A stretch of 64,000 nt of DNA from Nibricoccus sp. (GTDB taxonomy: Bacteria; Verrucomicrobiota; Verrucomicrobiia; Opitutales; Opitutaceae): positions 4,960,001 to 5,024,000 of the forward strand of contig JASGHG010000001.1 of the NCBI GenBank assembly GCA_047602425.1, written 5' to 3'. The translations under genes and the position numbers were made by a program. How positions within the stretch are numbered: position 1 is the first letter of the stretch; each line of letters begins with the position of its first letter. Shown here in pieces: positions 54,051 to 63,340 of this stretch. The notes beneath the pieces are model-generated. The model saw only the letters and a program-made list of their open reading frames with translations, made no database searches and was not told where the DNA came from.

Positions 54051-54170
54051 ATGAAGTTTCGAATTTTTGCATCCTTATTCGTATTATTTGTGCTCTTCGT
54101 TCTCTACGCACTGTTTTCTAGCAACTCCGAAACTTCTTCGGAGCAGGCTCCGATCGTGTTCCCCCAGTAA
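54051..54170 (+). CDS. 39-aa single-TM peptide
   Basis: Below the ORF-track cutoff. Read manually: MKFRIFASLFVLFVLFVLYALFSSNSETSSEQAPIVFPQ; fills the gap between two co-oriented genes. Confidence 0.6.
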   Translation: MKFRIFASLFVLFVLFVLYALFSSNSETSSEQAPIVFPQ

Positions 54171-54199
54171 CTTTCTTTAGATCTATCAACACTCATCGT

Positions 54200-55261
54200 A
54201 TGAAAATCAAAGCTCTCGCATTCATCGCCTCGATTTTTGCTATTTCAGCATTCGCGCAAACGCCCGCACAATCCTCAAAGCCCACCTTCATCAAAGGTGA
54301 TCTAAACATCCGCTTCAATACTCGAAAAACTGAGGATGGAAAGATTAAGGAAGGCGTGTCGGATGTATACACATTGAACGTCAATGTCTCCGACAGCTCG
54401 CTTTTCCGCGGAACCATAGAACACCGCCCTACCATCCCCGGTACATTTGGCGTCGCGCAAACAGGGCAACTGACCTATGCGCTCGATTGCGACGTCATCA
54501 ATCCAGCTAACGTTTCACAGACCCGGAATGTCGGTAAACTCTTCGGAACAATTCCAGTGGACCAAAACAATGTCTATCGCTTCTCCGACGGATCGCTGCG
54601 TGTCAGCGTATTCGGCATTGGCGCTGCCAAAGGGTTTGAAAGCAAATTTTCAGGACTCGCGTTGGGCAAGCCACCCGCAAAGTCCGAAGGTATTATCGAC
54701 AGGATGAAAAAGGAAGCGCTCAACTTTCGAAATAGCAAAGGCGTTTCCATTTCCGTGAGTAAATACGACAAGATGGAATTTCAGCAGCACGTGTTGGCCT
54801 CCGGCCCTGTCCAGATTTACCCGGAAGTCACAGTCAACGGTTCCTTAATTTATGACTATGGGCGTTCCGCGTGGTTTTTCCAAAACGTCACGGTGACATA
54901 TGCTGTCGATGGCCGCCGGTTGCAGGACAGTCTGACCGGAAATATTCGCTGGGTTGAGTCAGCCAACCGACGGAGTAACGGCGAAGGCGAATATCAGTTC
55001 GATATTCGAGTGAACGAACCACCTCCGAGCGAAGCTGCAGTATTCGCCGCCCCCAGCGATGAATCGGCATTCTTTGCCACCGATGATTTAATCACCTCCC
55101 TCGTGGGAACTATGAAGTACAAAGACACCATGAGTGGAGATAGCGTTATCTCCTCGTCGGTGACAATCGGACTTACTGGTAACAAGCTCACAAAGCAGCA
55201 AACCATGTATTTATGCAAATTGCTGTTCCTGTCCGCAGTCGTTCCGCTGAACGCCGAGTAA
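54200..55261 (+). CDS. Secreted beta-rich hypothetical protein
   Basis: Signal peptide MKIKALAFIASIFAISAFA; alternating beta-strand patterns; no recognised family. Confidence 0.8.
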   Translation: MKIKALAFIASIFAISAFAQTPAQSSKPTFIKGDLNIRFNTRKTEDGKIKEGVSDVYTLNVNVSDSSLFRGTIEHRPTIPGTFGVAQTGQLTYALDCDVINPANVSQTRNVGKLFGTIPVDQNNVYRFSDGSLRVSVFGIGAAKGFESKFSGLALGKPPAKSEGIIDRMKKEALNFRNSKGVSISVSKYDKMEFQQHVLASGPVQIYPEVTVNGSLIYDYGRSAWFFQNVTVTYAVDGRRLQDSLTGNIRWVESANRRSNGEGEYQFDIRVNEPPPSEAAVFAAPSDESAFFATDDLITSLVGTMKYKDTMSGDSVISSSVTIGLTGNKLTKQQTMYLCKLLFLSAVVPLNAE

Positions 55262-55277
55262 TAGCTTTGTCACTTGC

Positions 55278-55316
55278 GCGGGGCGTTGGAGAAGCAGCGC
55301 CCCGCCCTTCCTGTTT
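55278..55316 (+). terminator. Hairpin closing the three-gene operon
   Basis: GCGGGGCGTTG-GAGAAG-CAGCGCCCCGC followed by a pyrimidine tract. Confidence 0.6.
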
Positions 55317-55433
55317 TCCACGATAGAGAGTAATGAGCGGAAAAAGCGCCAAGCTTTTTAGTTTTGGTCGATAGCGAAGAGTTCGTTTGCTGCGGTCTCC
55401 TTGGCCAATGCTGGGCGTTAACTTCCGTCCTCT

Positions 55434-55463
55434 ATTAGCGGCAATTAGCGTTCATTAGCGGTT
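55434..55463. repeat. Triple ATTAGCG repeat with 10-bp period
   Basis: ATTAGCG GCA ATTAGCG TTC ATTAGCG GTT. Confidence 0.7.
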
Positions 55464-55505
55464 AAAAGGACCTCCTCTCCACGATCGTATCACCAGCATA
55501 GGCAA

Positions 55506-56381
55506 TCACCGGTGCTTCTGCATGCTTTTCGGGGGGACGCCGTGGACGGCTTTGAAGCAGCGGGAAAAATGATACGGATCGGCGAAGCCCACGCGCAGCG
55601 CAGCTTCTTTAACCAGCCCACCGGTCTCGACGAGATATTCCGCCGCAAGATTCATCTTTCGCCGCAGGAGATACTGATAGGGACTGGTTCCCTGAAAACG
55701 CCGAAACAAGCGACAGATACTCGAGGTGTCCAGGCCGGCGGCGGCGGCAATGTCTTCCAGGGTCACCAGCCGCTCCGCCTGTGCGTCGATCAAGGCCTTG
55801 CAGCGAAGGAAATTTTCGCGGGCGAGTCCGCCAGCGGCGGAAGCTTCGTCGACCGTTGCGGCAAGTTTAAGCGCAAGCAATTCGACGAGGAGTTCGCAGA
55901 TCTCTTTGGTCTGCGAACCGGCGTGGCGGCCTTCGCGAATGAGATCTTCGAAAACGCCCCGAACTTCGCCGTGAGCGACGACGCGCCTCACCTGCCCCGG
56001 CGCGAGGCCGGCTCGGGCCAGCAGACGCGGCGCACGCTGCCCACTGAGGCAGATGAAATATTTCACCATGGGATTTTCCGCGCTCGTGCGCATCGCGCAA
56101 CTGGTCGTCGGCGCACAGGAAAACACGCTGCCCGGTCCGAGTTCGTGCTGCCTGCCATCGAGCGTGACCGAGCCCTGGCCGGCGGCCACGTATTCGATGA
56201 TATGATACGCATAACCGGAGCGATCGATGGCGTAGTCGGGATTGCAATACTCGCGTCCACCGAGAGCCAGAAAGGCGCCCGCACCCGGTTGCAGCCCGAG
56301 AAAGAAATAGCGCGAGCCGGAAACCTGCTGCGAGAGCAGGTTCTGCGGTTGAAGGCTCGGAGATTTTTCGGCCGGGGTCAT
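55506..56381 (-). CDS. AraC family transcriptional regulator
   Basis: Cupin-like N-terminus; GFADPYHFSRCFKAVHGVPP. Confidence 0.9.
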   Translation of the reverse strand: MTPAEKSPSLQPQNLLSQQVSGSRYFFLGLQPGAGAFLALGGREYCNPDYAIDRSGYAYHIIEYVAAGQGSVTLDGRQHELGPGSVFSCAPTTSCAMRTSAENPMVKYFICLSGQRAPRLLARAGLAPGQVRRVVAHGEVRGVFEDLIREGRHAGSQTKEICELLVELLALKLAATVDEASAAGGLARENFLRCKALIDAQAERLVTLEDIAAAAGLDTSSICRLFRRFQGTSPYQYLLRRKMNLAAEYLVETGGLVKEAALRVGFADPYHFSRCFKAVHGVPPKSMQKHR

Positions 56382-56413
56382 TGCCGGTAGCTATTATGTG
56401 GTTGGGGCTTTTG

Positions 56414-56496
56414 GTAGGGACGCCTCTCCGAGGCGTCCGCTGCAACGTTTAAAGGGCTTTGCGACGTTAACGGACGGCTCGGAGAGCCGTCCCTAC
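56414..56496. repeat. GTAG-type REP doublet
   Basis: GTAGGGACGCCTCTCCGAGGCGTCCG and inverted CGGACGGCTCGGAGAGCCGTCCCTAC. Confidence 0.85.
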
Positions 56497-56536
56497 CAAC
56501 AGAAATTTCGTCTGGCAGGTTTTTGGTGAGAAAAAA

Positions 56537-57514
56537 CTATTTTATATACGCAAGCAATTCACCCGGCGTCACCGTAGCGGTGCCGAGTTTGCCGACGACG
56601 ACGCCGGAGGCGGCGTTAGCGAAATGTGCCGCGGTTTCGAGGTCAGAACCGGCCGCCAGCGCCAAGACGAGCGAGGCTAGCGCGGTGTCGCCCGCGCCCG
56701 AAACGTCGAAGACTTCGCGGGCGGCGGTGGGGATGATTTTGCCGATTTTGCCGTCGGCGGAGAGCAGCATGCCGTCTTCGCTCAGCGTGATGACGAGGTT
56801 GCGCGTGCCGTAAAGTTTGTGGAGCTGGGCGCAAACTTCCTCGGCGGGAAATGGCGTGTGCGGCTCGGGTTCGATGTCGGCGAGTTGGAGTGCTTCGCGT
56901 CGGTTGGGTGTGATGAGGTCGAGATTATTGAAGTGAAGTTTGCGCTTGGGCTTGGGATCGAGCGCAAGGAATTTGCCGGCGGCGCGGGCGAGCTTGCTCA
57001 CACCTTCGACCAGCGCGTCGGTTAGGATGCCCTTGGCGTAATCGGAGAACACCACGGCATCGCAGTCCTTGATGGCCAAGCCAAAGAGCGCCTCGATTTT
57101 CGATGGATCGATGCGATAGGCCGACGGCGCAGCTTCGCGGTCGAGACGGCAGAGCTGTTGGTGCTGCACGAGCACGCGGGTTTTGACGATCGTCGCTCCA
57201 CTTCCCGGCGTGGCGATGGTGGAGATTTTTTTGTCCGCGAGAATTTTGGAAAGTTTCGCACCGGCTTCGTCGTTGGCGAAATAACCAGCCACGGTGCATT
57301 GCGCGCCGAGCGAAGCGATGTTGAGCGCGACGTTGGCCGCGCCACCCGCCGTGTAACTGTCGCGCGCGATGTCGACCACGGGCACGGGCGCCTCAGGCGA
57401 GATGCGCGTGGCGTCGCCCCAGATGTAGTGATCGAGCATCACATCGCCGATCACGAGGATACGAACGCGGGAGATTTTTTTCAGGAGCTCTTGGGCGACG
57501 GGAACGGGAATCAT
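56537..57514 (-). CDS. rfaE1: D-glycero-D-manno-heptose-7-phosphate kinase (PfkB family)
   Basis: GDVMLDHY, RISPEAPVPV, GGAANVA, DYAKG, DVSGAGDT, VVGKLGT. Confidence 0.9.
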   Translation of the reverse strand: MIPVPVAQELLKKISRVRILVIGDVMLDHYIWGDATRISPEAPVPVVDIARDSYTAGGAANVALNIASLGAQCTVAGYFANDEAGAKLSKILADKKISTIATPGSGATIVKTRVLVQHQQLCRLDREAAPSAYRIDPSKIEALFGLAIKDCDAVVFSDYAKGILTDALVEGVSKLARAAGKFLALDPKPKRKLHFNNLDLITPNRREALQLADIEPEPHTPFPAEEVCAQLHKLYGTRNLVITLSEDGMLLSADGKIGKIIPTAAREVFDVSGAGDTALASLVLALAAGSDLETAAHFANAASGVVVGKLGTATVTPGELLAYIK

Positions 57515-57581
57515 GGAAAAGAAATGGAGAGGAGAACTACTGATGAACGCTAAACAAGAAAACTGTAATTAGGAGAGATGT

Positions 57582-57707
57582 ACCGCTAATTTTCGCTGAT
57601 GTCCGCTAATTTAAAACCTTCGAAAAAGAGCTGGTTCATCTATCGGGTGAGATAATTTATTCGGCCTTGCGGAATCCATTTTCCGATTTTAGCGATAATT
57701 AGCGGTT
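57582..57707. repeat. Inverted CGCTAAT 10-bp-period repeat element
   Basis: ACCGCTAAT TTT CGCTGAT GTC CGCTAAT ... TTAGCG ATA ATTAGCGGTT; same unit as at 55434. Confidence 0.7.
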
Positions 57708-57778
57708 CACCAATTTCTGAGTTTAGGTTGAATGCAGTTAAAAGTGAAATGGTGGAACGGCTGCGGAAAATCATCCCG

Positions 57779-58909
57779 TTACCGTAACTCCCAGTTGTAG
57801 TGACAGGCGGAAAGCATTTTCGGGCGCCCGTCGGTGACCTGCACGACGTCCTCGATGCGGCAGCCGCCGAGGCCGGGATAATAAAGACCGGGCTCGACCG
57901 TGACGACCGAACCTTTCTTCAAGCGATAATCAACCGTGCTCACCCGCGGCGGCTCGTGCACGGCGAGGCCGAGACCGTGTCCAGTGCCGTGGAAAAACCC
58001 GACGGAGCCTTTAGCGGTGCGTTTTGTTTCGTAACCGCGATGCGAGAAGACAGCGCACACGGCCTGGTGCACATCGTGGCCATTCACGCCGGCGCGGATC
58101 TTGCCGAGAGCGGCGAGTTGGGCTTCGCGCACGGCGGCGACAAGCGCCCGTTGCGCATCGCTAGCCCGGCCCTTGAGAAACGTGCGTGTCATGTCGCCGT
58201 GGAAACCGGTAGCGTTTACGCGCGGGAAAACGTCGACGATGATCAGTTCGTTCGCGCGCAGCGGGCCGTGACCGCGCTCGTGCGGATCGCAGGCCTGATC
58301 GCCACCGGCGGCGATGGTGTCGAGCGAGATGGCGCCGGCTTCGAGGCAGGCGATTTCGATCGCGATCTTGAGTCGTTCCGAGGTGAGCGTTTCGCCACGA
58401 TAAGAGAGGCGGCCGTTTTTAATTTTGCTCGCACGAAGGACGGCTTCAGCCGCGAGAATGCCGAGCGCGCTGCAACGATTGCCCTCGCGAATGGCGGCGG
58501 CCTCGGCGGGGGTTTTGATTTCGCGCTGCGGGAAAAGCGGGCCGTCGGCGATCTGAAGTTTCATGCCGTACTTGGTCAGACGCTGCGCGAGACCGACGGG
58601 AAAATCCTCGGCCACGAGAAAACTTTTTTGGCGATAATGTTTTGCCAGCACCGCGATCACCTCCGCCGCCGTGGTACGAGCCTTGGGAAAACGTTTTTTC
58701 GCTTCAGCCGCCCAGGATTCCAGCGGCAGCACCACGTCGAAAGCGGAATCGCGTTTCACGCGTCCGAATTCGAGCGCGCTGACGACGGCGAATTTTTTCC
58801 GGCGAAGCGCGAACGAGATGAAAGGGTCCGGGACGTTCACCTGGCCGAAGTAAAGCTGGTCGGCGTTGTGGGCGGAGTCGGCGTAAAGAAGGGTCGGCGG
58901 CGTAGGCAC
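57779..58909 (-). CDS. Xaa-Pro aminopeptidase (M24 family)
   Basis: REIKTPAE, GDMTRT, HGTGHGLGLAVHE, TVEPGLY, RIEDVV. Start (GTG 58909) uncertain. Confidence 0.9.
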   Translation of the reverse strand: MPTPPTLLYADSAHNADQLYFGQVNVPDPFISFALRRKKFAVVSALEFGRVKRDSAFDVVLPLESWAAEAKKRFPKARTTAAEVIAVLAKHYRQKSFLVAEDFPVGLAQRLTKYGMKLQIADGPLFPQREIKTPAEAAAIREGNRCSALGILAAEAVLRASKIKNGRLSYRGETLTSERLKIAIEIACLEAGAISLDTIAAGGDQACDPHERGHGPLRANELIIVDVFPRVNATGFHGDMTRTFLKGRASDAQRALVAAVREAQLAALGKIRAGVNGHDVHQAVCAVFSHRGYETKRTAKGSVGFFHGTGHGLGLAVHEPPRVSTVDYRLKKGSVVTVEPGLYYPGLGGCRIEDVVQVTDGRPKMLSACHYNWELR

Positions 58910-58955
58910 AGGGAAAAGTTGAATTATGCGCGGACGCCCATTAGCCACTGATGTC

Positions 58956-59495
58956 GTGAAAAACGCAAATCTGCATTGGAGGTCGGTTTTATTCGCGGCA
59001 ACGATCGTTCTGCTGGTCCCGTTGACGGGTTGCGGCAAAAAACTGGCCGCGGAAAAACCCGAGGTTCACAAAACCGTTTCGGATTATTTTCCGATCAAAG
59101 TCGGCGACCGCACCGTGCAGATGCAACTCGCTGTGCTTCCGCTGGAGATGCAACAAGGCCTGATGGGCCGGCGCGATTTGGGCTCGGATCAAGGCATGAT
59201 TTTTGTCTACCAGCAACCGGACCGTATGAGTTTCTATATGCGAAACACGCCCACTCCGCTCGACATCGGCTTTTTCGATGCGAAAGGACAACTTTGCGAA
59301 GTGTATCCGATGCATCCCTACGACGAGAAGACTGTGAGCTCACGCAGCCACGCCATTCAGTTCGCTTTGGAGATGAACCAAGGTTGGTACAAAGCCAGCG
59401 GCGTGAAGACGGCGGCGCAGCTCGACCTGAAGGCGCTCGCGGCAGCGATGGAAGCGCGGGGGTTTCGCGCGGAGATGTTCGGGCTGCCGAAATAA
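58956..59495 (+). CDS. DUF192 family lipoprotein
   Basis: LTG-C lipobox; GLMGR, GMIFVY, FYMRNTPTPLDIGF, ALEMNQG. Confidence 0.85.
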   Translation: MKNANLHWRSVLFAATIVLLVPLTGCGKKLAAEKPEVHKTVSDYFPIKVGDRTVQMQLAVLPLEMQQGLMGRRDLGSDQGMIFVYQQPDRMSFYMRNTPTPLDIGFFDAKGQLCEVYPMHPYDEKTVSSRSHAIQFALEMNQGWYKASGVKTAAQLDLKALAAAMEARGFRAEMFGLPK

Positions 59496-59633
59496 GGTGT
59501 CCGACGCGAAGCGCATTAGCCCAATGCGCCGGTTTGAGAGCGATGTCGCCAAGCGCGTTGAGGTGGCACAGCGCCAAGAAACGCTGACAAAATCCGCCAT
59601 TAATTCGCTGACATTTTGTATCCAAGGTGAGGC

Positions 59634-59981
59634 ATGCCTTGGATACAAAGTTCGATCATTGAGCAACGAGAGGAGTTGGTTGTGGCCATGCTACGGCGTC
59701 GTGAGCCGATGCGAGTGCTCTGCCATCGGCTTGGGATTAGCCGGCAGACTGCGTACAAGTACTTGCGCCGATTTAGACAGGAGGGACGTTCCGGTCTAAG
59801 GGAGCGACGTCGCGGCCCCAAACCCAAGCAGGCCGCACAGTGGGCCGATTGCGCCCGGATGATCATTCGAGAGCGCCGCCGCCGGCCCACTTGGGGAGCG
59901 CGCAAACTGCGCTGGTGGCTGCGCGAGCGCCTGCCCGGTCGGCGTTTGCCCTCCGAACGGACCGTGGAGCGCTGGTTGCAT
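59634..59981 (+). pseudogene. IS481 transposase, N-terminal HTH half
   Basis: MPW...LCHRLGISRQTAYKYLRRF...PTWGARKL; truncated at the IS3 left end. Confidence 0.88.
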
Positions 59982-60038
59982 TAAGCTTACCCCGAAAACG
60001 TGGACAAAGAAGAGGGCCTACGAAGAAAGAATAAGTCC

Positions 60039-60389
60039 ATGAACAAACCCGAGACCAAGAACGAGGCGGCCCCGCCGCCCCGCAAATACGTGCCTGAGTA
60101 TGACGAGGCGTTTCGCCGCGACAGCGTGGCGGCGTGGCGGCTGAGCGGGGAAAGCGTGCCGAAGTATGCGCCGAAGATCGGGGTCCACGAGACGACCCTG
60201 TATGCGTGGATCCGCACGGAGGAACGCCCCCATGGGGGCGGCGCGCAAACGCCGGCCGACATCGGTTCGTTGCAAGCGGAGTTGCGAGCGCTCCGTCAGG
60301 AGAACGAGCGCCTGCGCACCCAGCGCGACATATTAAAAAAAACCTTGGGCATCCTCTCCGAACCCCCGCCGAGCGGTACGAAAGGATAA
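60039..60389 (+). CDS. IS3 transposase OrfA
   Basis: YDEAFRRDSV...IGVHETTLYAW HTH; leucine zipper ELRALRQENERLRTQRDILKK; A8 run at 60335-60342. Confidence 0.88.
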   Translation: MNKPETKNEAAPPPRKYVPEYDEAFRRDSVAAWRLSGESVPKYAPKIGVHETTLYAWIRTEERPHGGGAQTPADIGSLQAELRALRQENERLRTQRDILKKTLGILSEPPPSGTKG

Positions 60390-61237
60390 CTGCGATGAAG
60401 ACCCACCACACGATCGCCGATCTGTGCGCGGCCTTTGGCGTGAGCACCAGCGGGTACCACGCGTATTGCCACCGGCAGACTCATCCGGGTCCGCGAACAT
60501 TGGCGGATGCGGAACTATCCCCGAAAATCACCGCCGCGTACCTGCGGAGCCGGGGCACCTACGGAGCGCCGCGTATCCAGCAAGTCTTGCGATGCCCGGG
60601 CCAGCCCACACCCAGCCGCAAACGCATCGCCCGGCTGATGAAACAACAACGCCAAAGCGCCCGGCCCCGCCGGCGGTACAAAGTCAAAACCACCGACAGC
60701 AACCATCCCGGTCCGATCGCCCCGAATCTCCTCTTGGGAAAGCCTGCGGTCACCGCGCTCGATCACGTTTGGCGGAGCGATCTGACCTACATCGGAACCG
60801 GCGAAGGCTGGCTGTATTTATGCGCCTTCAAAGATGCATGCAGCCGCCGGCTGGTCGGCTGGGCCATGAGTGAAAAAATCGACACGCCACTGGTCCTGTC
60901 GGCCTTGGAAATGGCGCGCCGTTCGCGCCAGCCCAAAGCCGGGTTGATCATCCACACCGACCGCGGCTGCCAGTATGCCAGCGAGGCGTACCGCCAGAAG
61001 CTTCACGCGATGGGCGCGATCCCCAGCATGAGCCGCCGCGGCAACTGCTACGATAATGCCGCCATGGAATCGGCCTGGAGCACCCTCAAACTCGAATGCG
61101 TTTATCCACGCACCTTCGCCACCCGCGCAGAAGCGCGCGCCCATCTGCACGACTATATTTGCTTCTACAACCGCGAGCGCCTCCACAGCTCCCTCGGTTA
61201 CCTCTCCCCGCTCGACTACGAATCCCTCCACCACTAA
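60335..61237 (+). CDS. IS3 transposase OrfB (DDE), -1 frame relative to OrfA
   Basis: TYGAPRI, WRSDLTYI, IIHTDRGCQY, GNCYDNAAMES, YNRERLHSSLGY. Confidence 0.9.
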   Translation, partial: KKNLGHPLRTPAERYERITAMKTHHTIADLCAAFGVSTSGYHAYCHRQTHPGPRTLADAELSPKITAAYLRSRGTYGAPRIQQVLRCPGQPTPSRKRIARLMKQQRQSARPRRRYKVKTTDSNHPGPIAPNLLLGKPAVTALDHVWRSDLTYIGTGEGWLYLCAFKDACSRRLVGWAMSEKIDTPLVLSALEMARRSRQPKAGLIIHTDRGCQYASEAYRQKLHAMGAIPSMSRRGNCYDNAAMESAWSTLKLECVYPRTFATRAEARAHLHDYICFYNRERLHSSLGYLSPLDYESLHH

Positions 61238-61289
61238 CCATAACAACCCACCTCAAATCTTTGTCCGTCCTTCCGGGGCAAGCCCACAT

Positions 61290-62081
61290 TCCGCCGGTTT
61301 GGTTCGGCAAGGCCGACGGCGGCCGCGTCCGCCGCAATGGCATCCCCGACGTCGGCAGCCGCGGTGCTCGAATGAAGTGTGGACCTTCGATTGGAAGGGC
61401 TGGTTTCGCAGTGGCGACGGGACCAAGATCGAACCGTTGACCGTTCGCGATCAGGGCAGCCGGTTTCTCCTCTGGGTCCTGCCACTGGCTCAGCGCAGTG
61501 ACGCTGAAGTACGCCGTGTCTGTCGACATTTGTTCCAAACTTACGGTTGCCCCAAAACCATCCGAACGGACAAAGGCGGCCCATTCCGCGGCAATGGTCC
61601 CTATGGACTGACCAGCCTGAGCCTTTGGTGGTATCGCCTGGGCATAGAGGTGGAGTTTGTGGGTCGTGGCCATGGCATCGACAACAACGCCCACGAACAG
61701 ATGCACGGGGTGATGAAGAAGGAAACGGCTAGCCCGCCCGCCAAGACATACCAGGCACAGTTGTGCCGCCTGCGCCGCTGGCAGCACTGCTACAACCATG
61801 AGCGACCGCACGATGGGATTGGACAAAAGCCACCGTGTCGACGCTACCGGCCACAACCCAGCCCGTTGCCGCCGCTGCTGGTGCCGGTCTATCCAAACGG
61901 TTGGCTGGTGCGAACGGTTCGGCTCAATGGTGATATCCACTTAGCCGGCAAACGTCACTACATCGGCCGCACCTTTGCAGGCCTGCCAGTAGGATGCAAA
62001 CGTACGGCCGGCGGTTACCACGTTTACTTCCACCGACTCGTTTTGGTGAGCATTGCCTCCCAGCACCTGTCATCGCACTAG
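61290..62081 (+). pseudogene. IS481 transposase, C-terminal integrase-core half
   Basis: NEVWTFDWKGWF, IRTDKGGPF, YNHERPHDGIG; in frame with the N-terminal half once IS3 and one CAT are removed. Confidence 0.88.
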
Positions 62082-62232
62082 GTTCGGAGAGGGAGGGGCT
62101 GCGCCCCTCCCTGCCTCCCCGCTTCCCATGGGAAGGACTCGGACTTCGGAAAGTGTCAGCGAAACTCTGGCGGAACTTGTCAGCGAATTATGGCGGACTG
62201 CCACTTCAACGCGCTCCACCGCAATTCAAGAC

Positions 62233-62694
62233 TTACTCCAGATCTTTCTTGGAGATTTTGCCGGTCGTGGGGATTTCGTTATCCGTTTTGAGCATGAGGA
62301 CGGGGATCTTGGTTTTCACCCAGATACCGACTTCCTTGAAATGCTTCGCCGGTACATTTTCGAGCGCCTCGCCCACGGTCTTCGGCGGCATGAGACGGCC
62401 TTTTTTCGTGGTATTGAATTCGTAGGTCGCGCGGAAAATCCGGTCCTGCGTGGTCACAACGCTTTCGTCCTCGGGAATCTGGAGCACCCAGCCCACGAAG
62501 TCGGTCTTCGGCAGGCGGTCGTTGGGATCGGAAATAAGAATGGCGAACTGCTTTTTCACCGCCGGCGGCTTCTCGTCGTCGCCCTCAGCTTGGGTGAGGA
62601 TGTTCATCTCCTCCACGATCTGGCGGAGGATCTTGGGATCGACCTGGTTCTTCTTGAGGATCTCAGCAACTTTGTTGACGTCGATTTTTGGCAT
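62233..62694 (-). CDS. Hypothetical protein
   Basis: 153-aa ORF with host-like codon usage; no recognised motif. Confidence 0.75.
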   Translation of the reverse strand: MPKIDVNKVAEILKKNQVDPKILRQIVEEMNILTQAEGDDEKPPAVKKQFAILISDPNDRLPKTDFVGWVLQIPEDESVVTTQDRIFRATYEFNTTKKGRLMPPKTVGEALENVPAKHFKEVGIWVKTKIPVLMLKTDNEIPTTGKISKKDLE

Positions 62695-62783
62695 GGAGCT
62701 ATGAGCGAATTTGCCCCACGAAAGGACACGTTCCGTCCGCCGTCACAAGCCTAGAAAATTTTCCACAACGCTCCTTCCCTCTC

Positions 62784-63314
62784 ATGTCCTTCCAGCCACA
62801 CGCCCAACGCGGCGACGAAATTTTCGACATCGTCAACGACCGCGACGAAATCATCGGCCAGGCCACGCGCCGCGAAGTTCACGCCCGCGGCCTGCTTCAT
62901 CGCGCGGTGCATGTCTTTGTTTTCAATGCGCGGGGCCAGCTCTTTCTGCAAAAACGTTCCCTGGCCAAGGATTCCGCGCCCGGTCGCTGGGCCTCATCGT
63001 GTTCGGGTCACGTCGATTCGGGCGAAGACTATTTGACTGCGGCCGTGCGTGAACTCGACGAGGAAATCGGTCTGCGAATCGCGGGCCCGCACCTGCTCAC
63101 GCCGATCCTGCGCAACGGCCCCTGCGCCGACACCGAGCAGGAATTTGTCTGGGTCTATCGTCTGGAATCGGAAGGTCCTTTCGTGCTTAACCCGGCCGAG
63201 ATCGACAGCGGAAAATGGTTTTCCCTCGCCGACCTCAGCCGCGAACTTGCGGAAAAGCCCGAAACCTTTGCGCGCTCCTTCCGCTTTCTCTGGGCGAAAC
63301 TGCAAGCGCAGTGA
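62784..63314 (+). CDS. Nudix hydrolase (Idi/YfcD-like)
   Basis: LHRAVHVFVFN, LQKRS, SGHVDSGEDYLTAAVRELDEEIG Nudix box. Confidence 0.88.
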   Translation: MSFQPHAQRGDEIFDIVNDRDEIIGQATRREVHARGLLHRAVHVFVFNARGQLFLQKRSLAKDSAPGRWASSCSGHVDSGEDYLTAAVRELDEEIGLRIAGPHLLTPILRNGPCADTEQEFVWVYRLESEGPFVLNPAEIDSGKWFSLADLSRELAEKPETFARSFRFLWAKLQAQ

Positions 63315-63340
63315 GTTGCGTGCAGCGCAAGGGTGGAATT

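Larger units (their letters stand above)
59982..61286 (+). mobile_element. IS3-family insertion sequence (1305 bp) with a 3-bp CAT target duplication
   Basis: IRL TAAGCTTACCCCGAAAACGTGGACAAAGA versus IRR reverse complement TGGGCTTGCCCCGGAAGGACGGACAAAGA; CAT at 59979-59981 and 61287-61289. Confidence 0.92.
59564..62203 (+). mobile_element. IS481-family insertion sequence, interrupted by an IS3-family element
   Basis: Ends TGGCA...TGCCA, with long imperfect IRs each carrying two CGCTGACA boxes; transposase halves flank the IS3 element. Confidence 0.85.
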
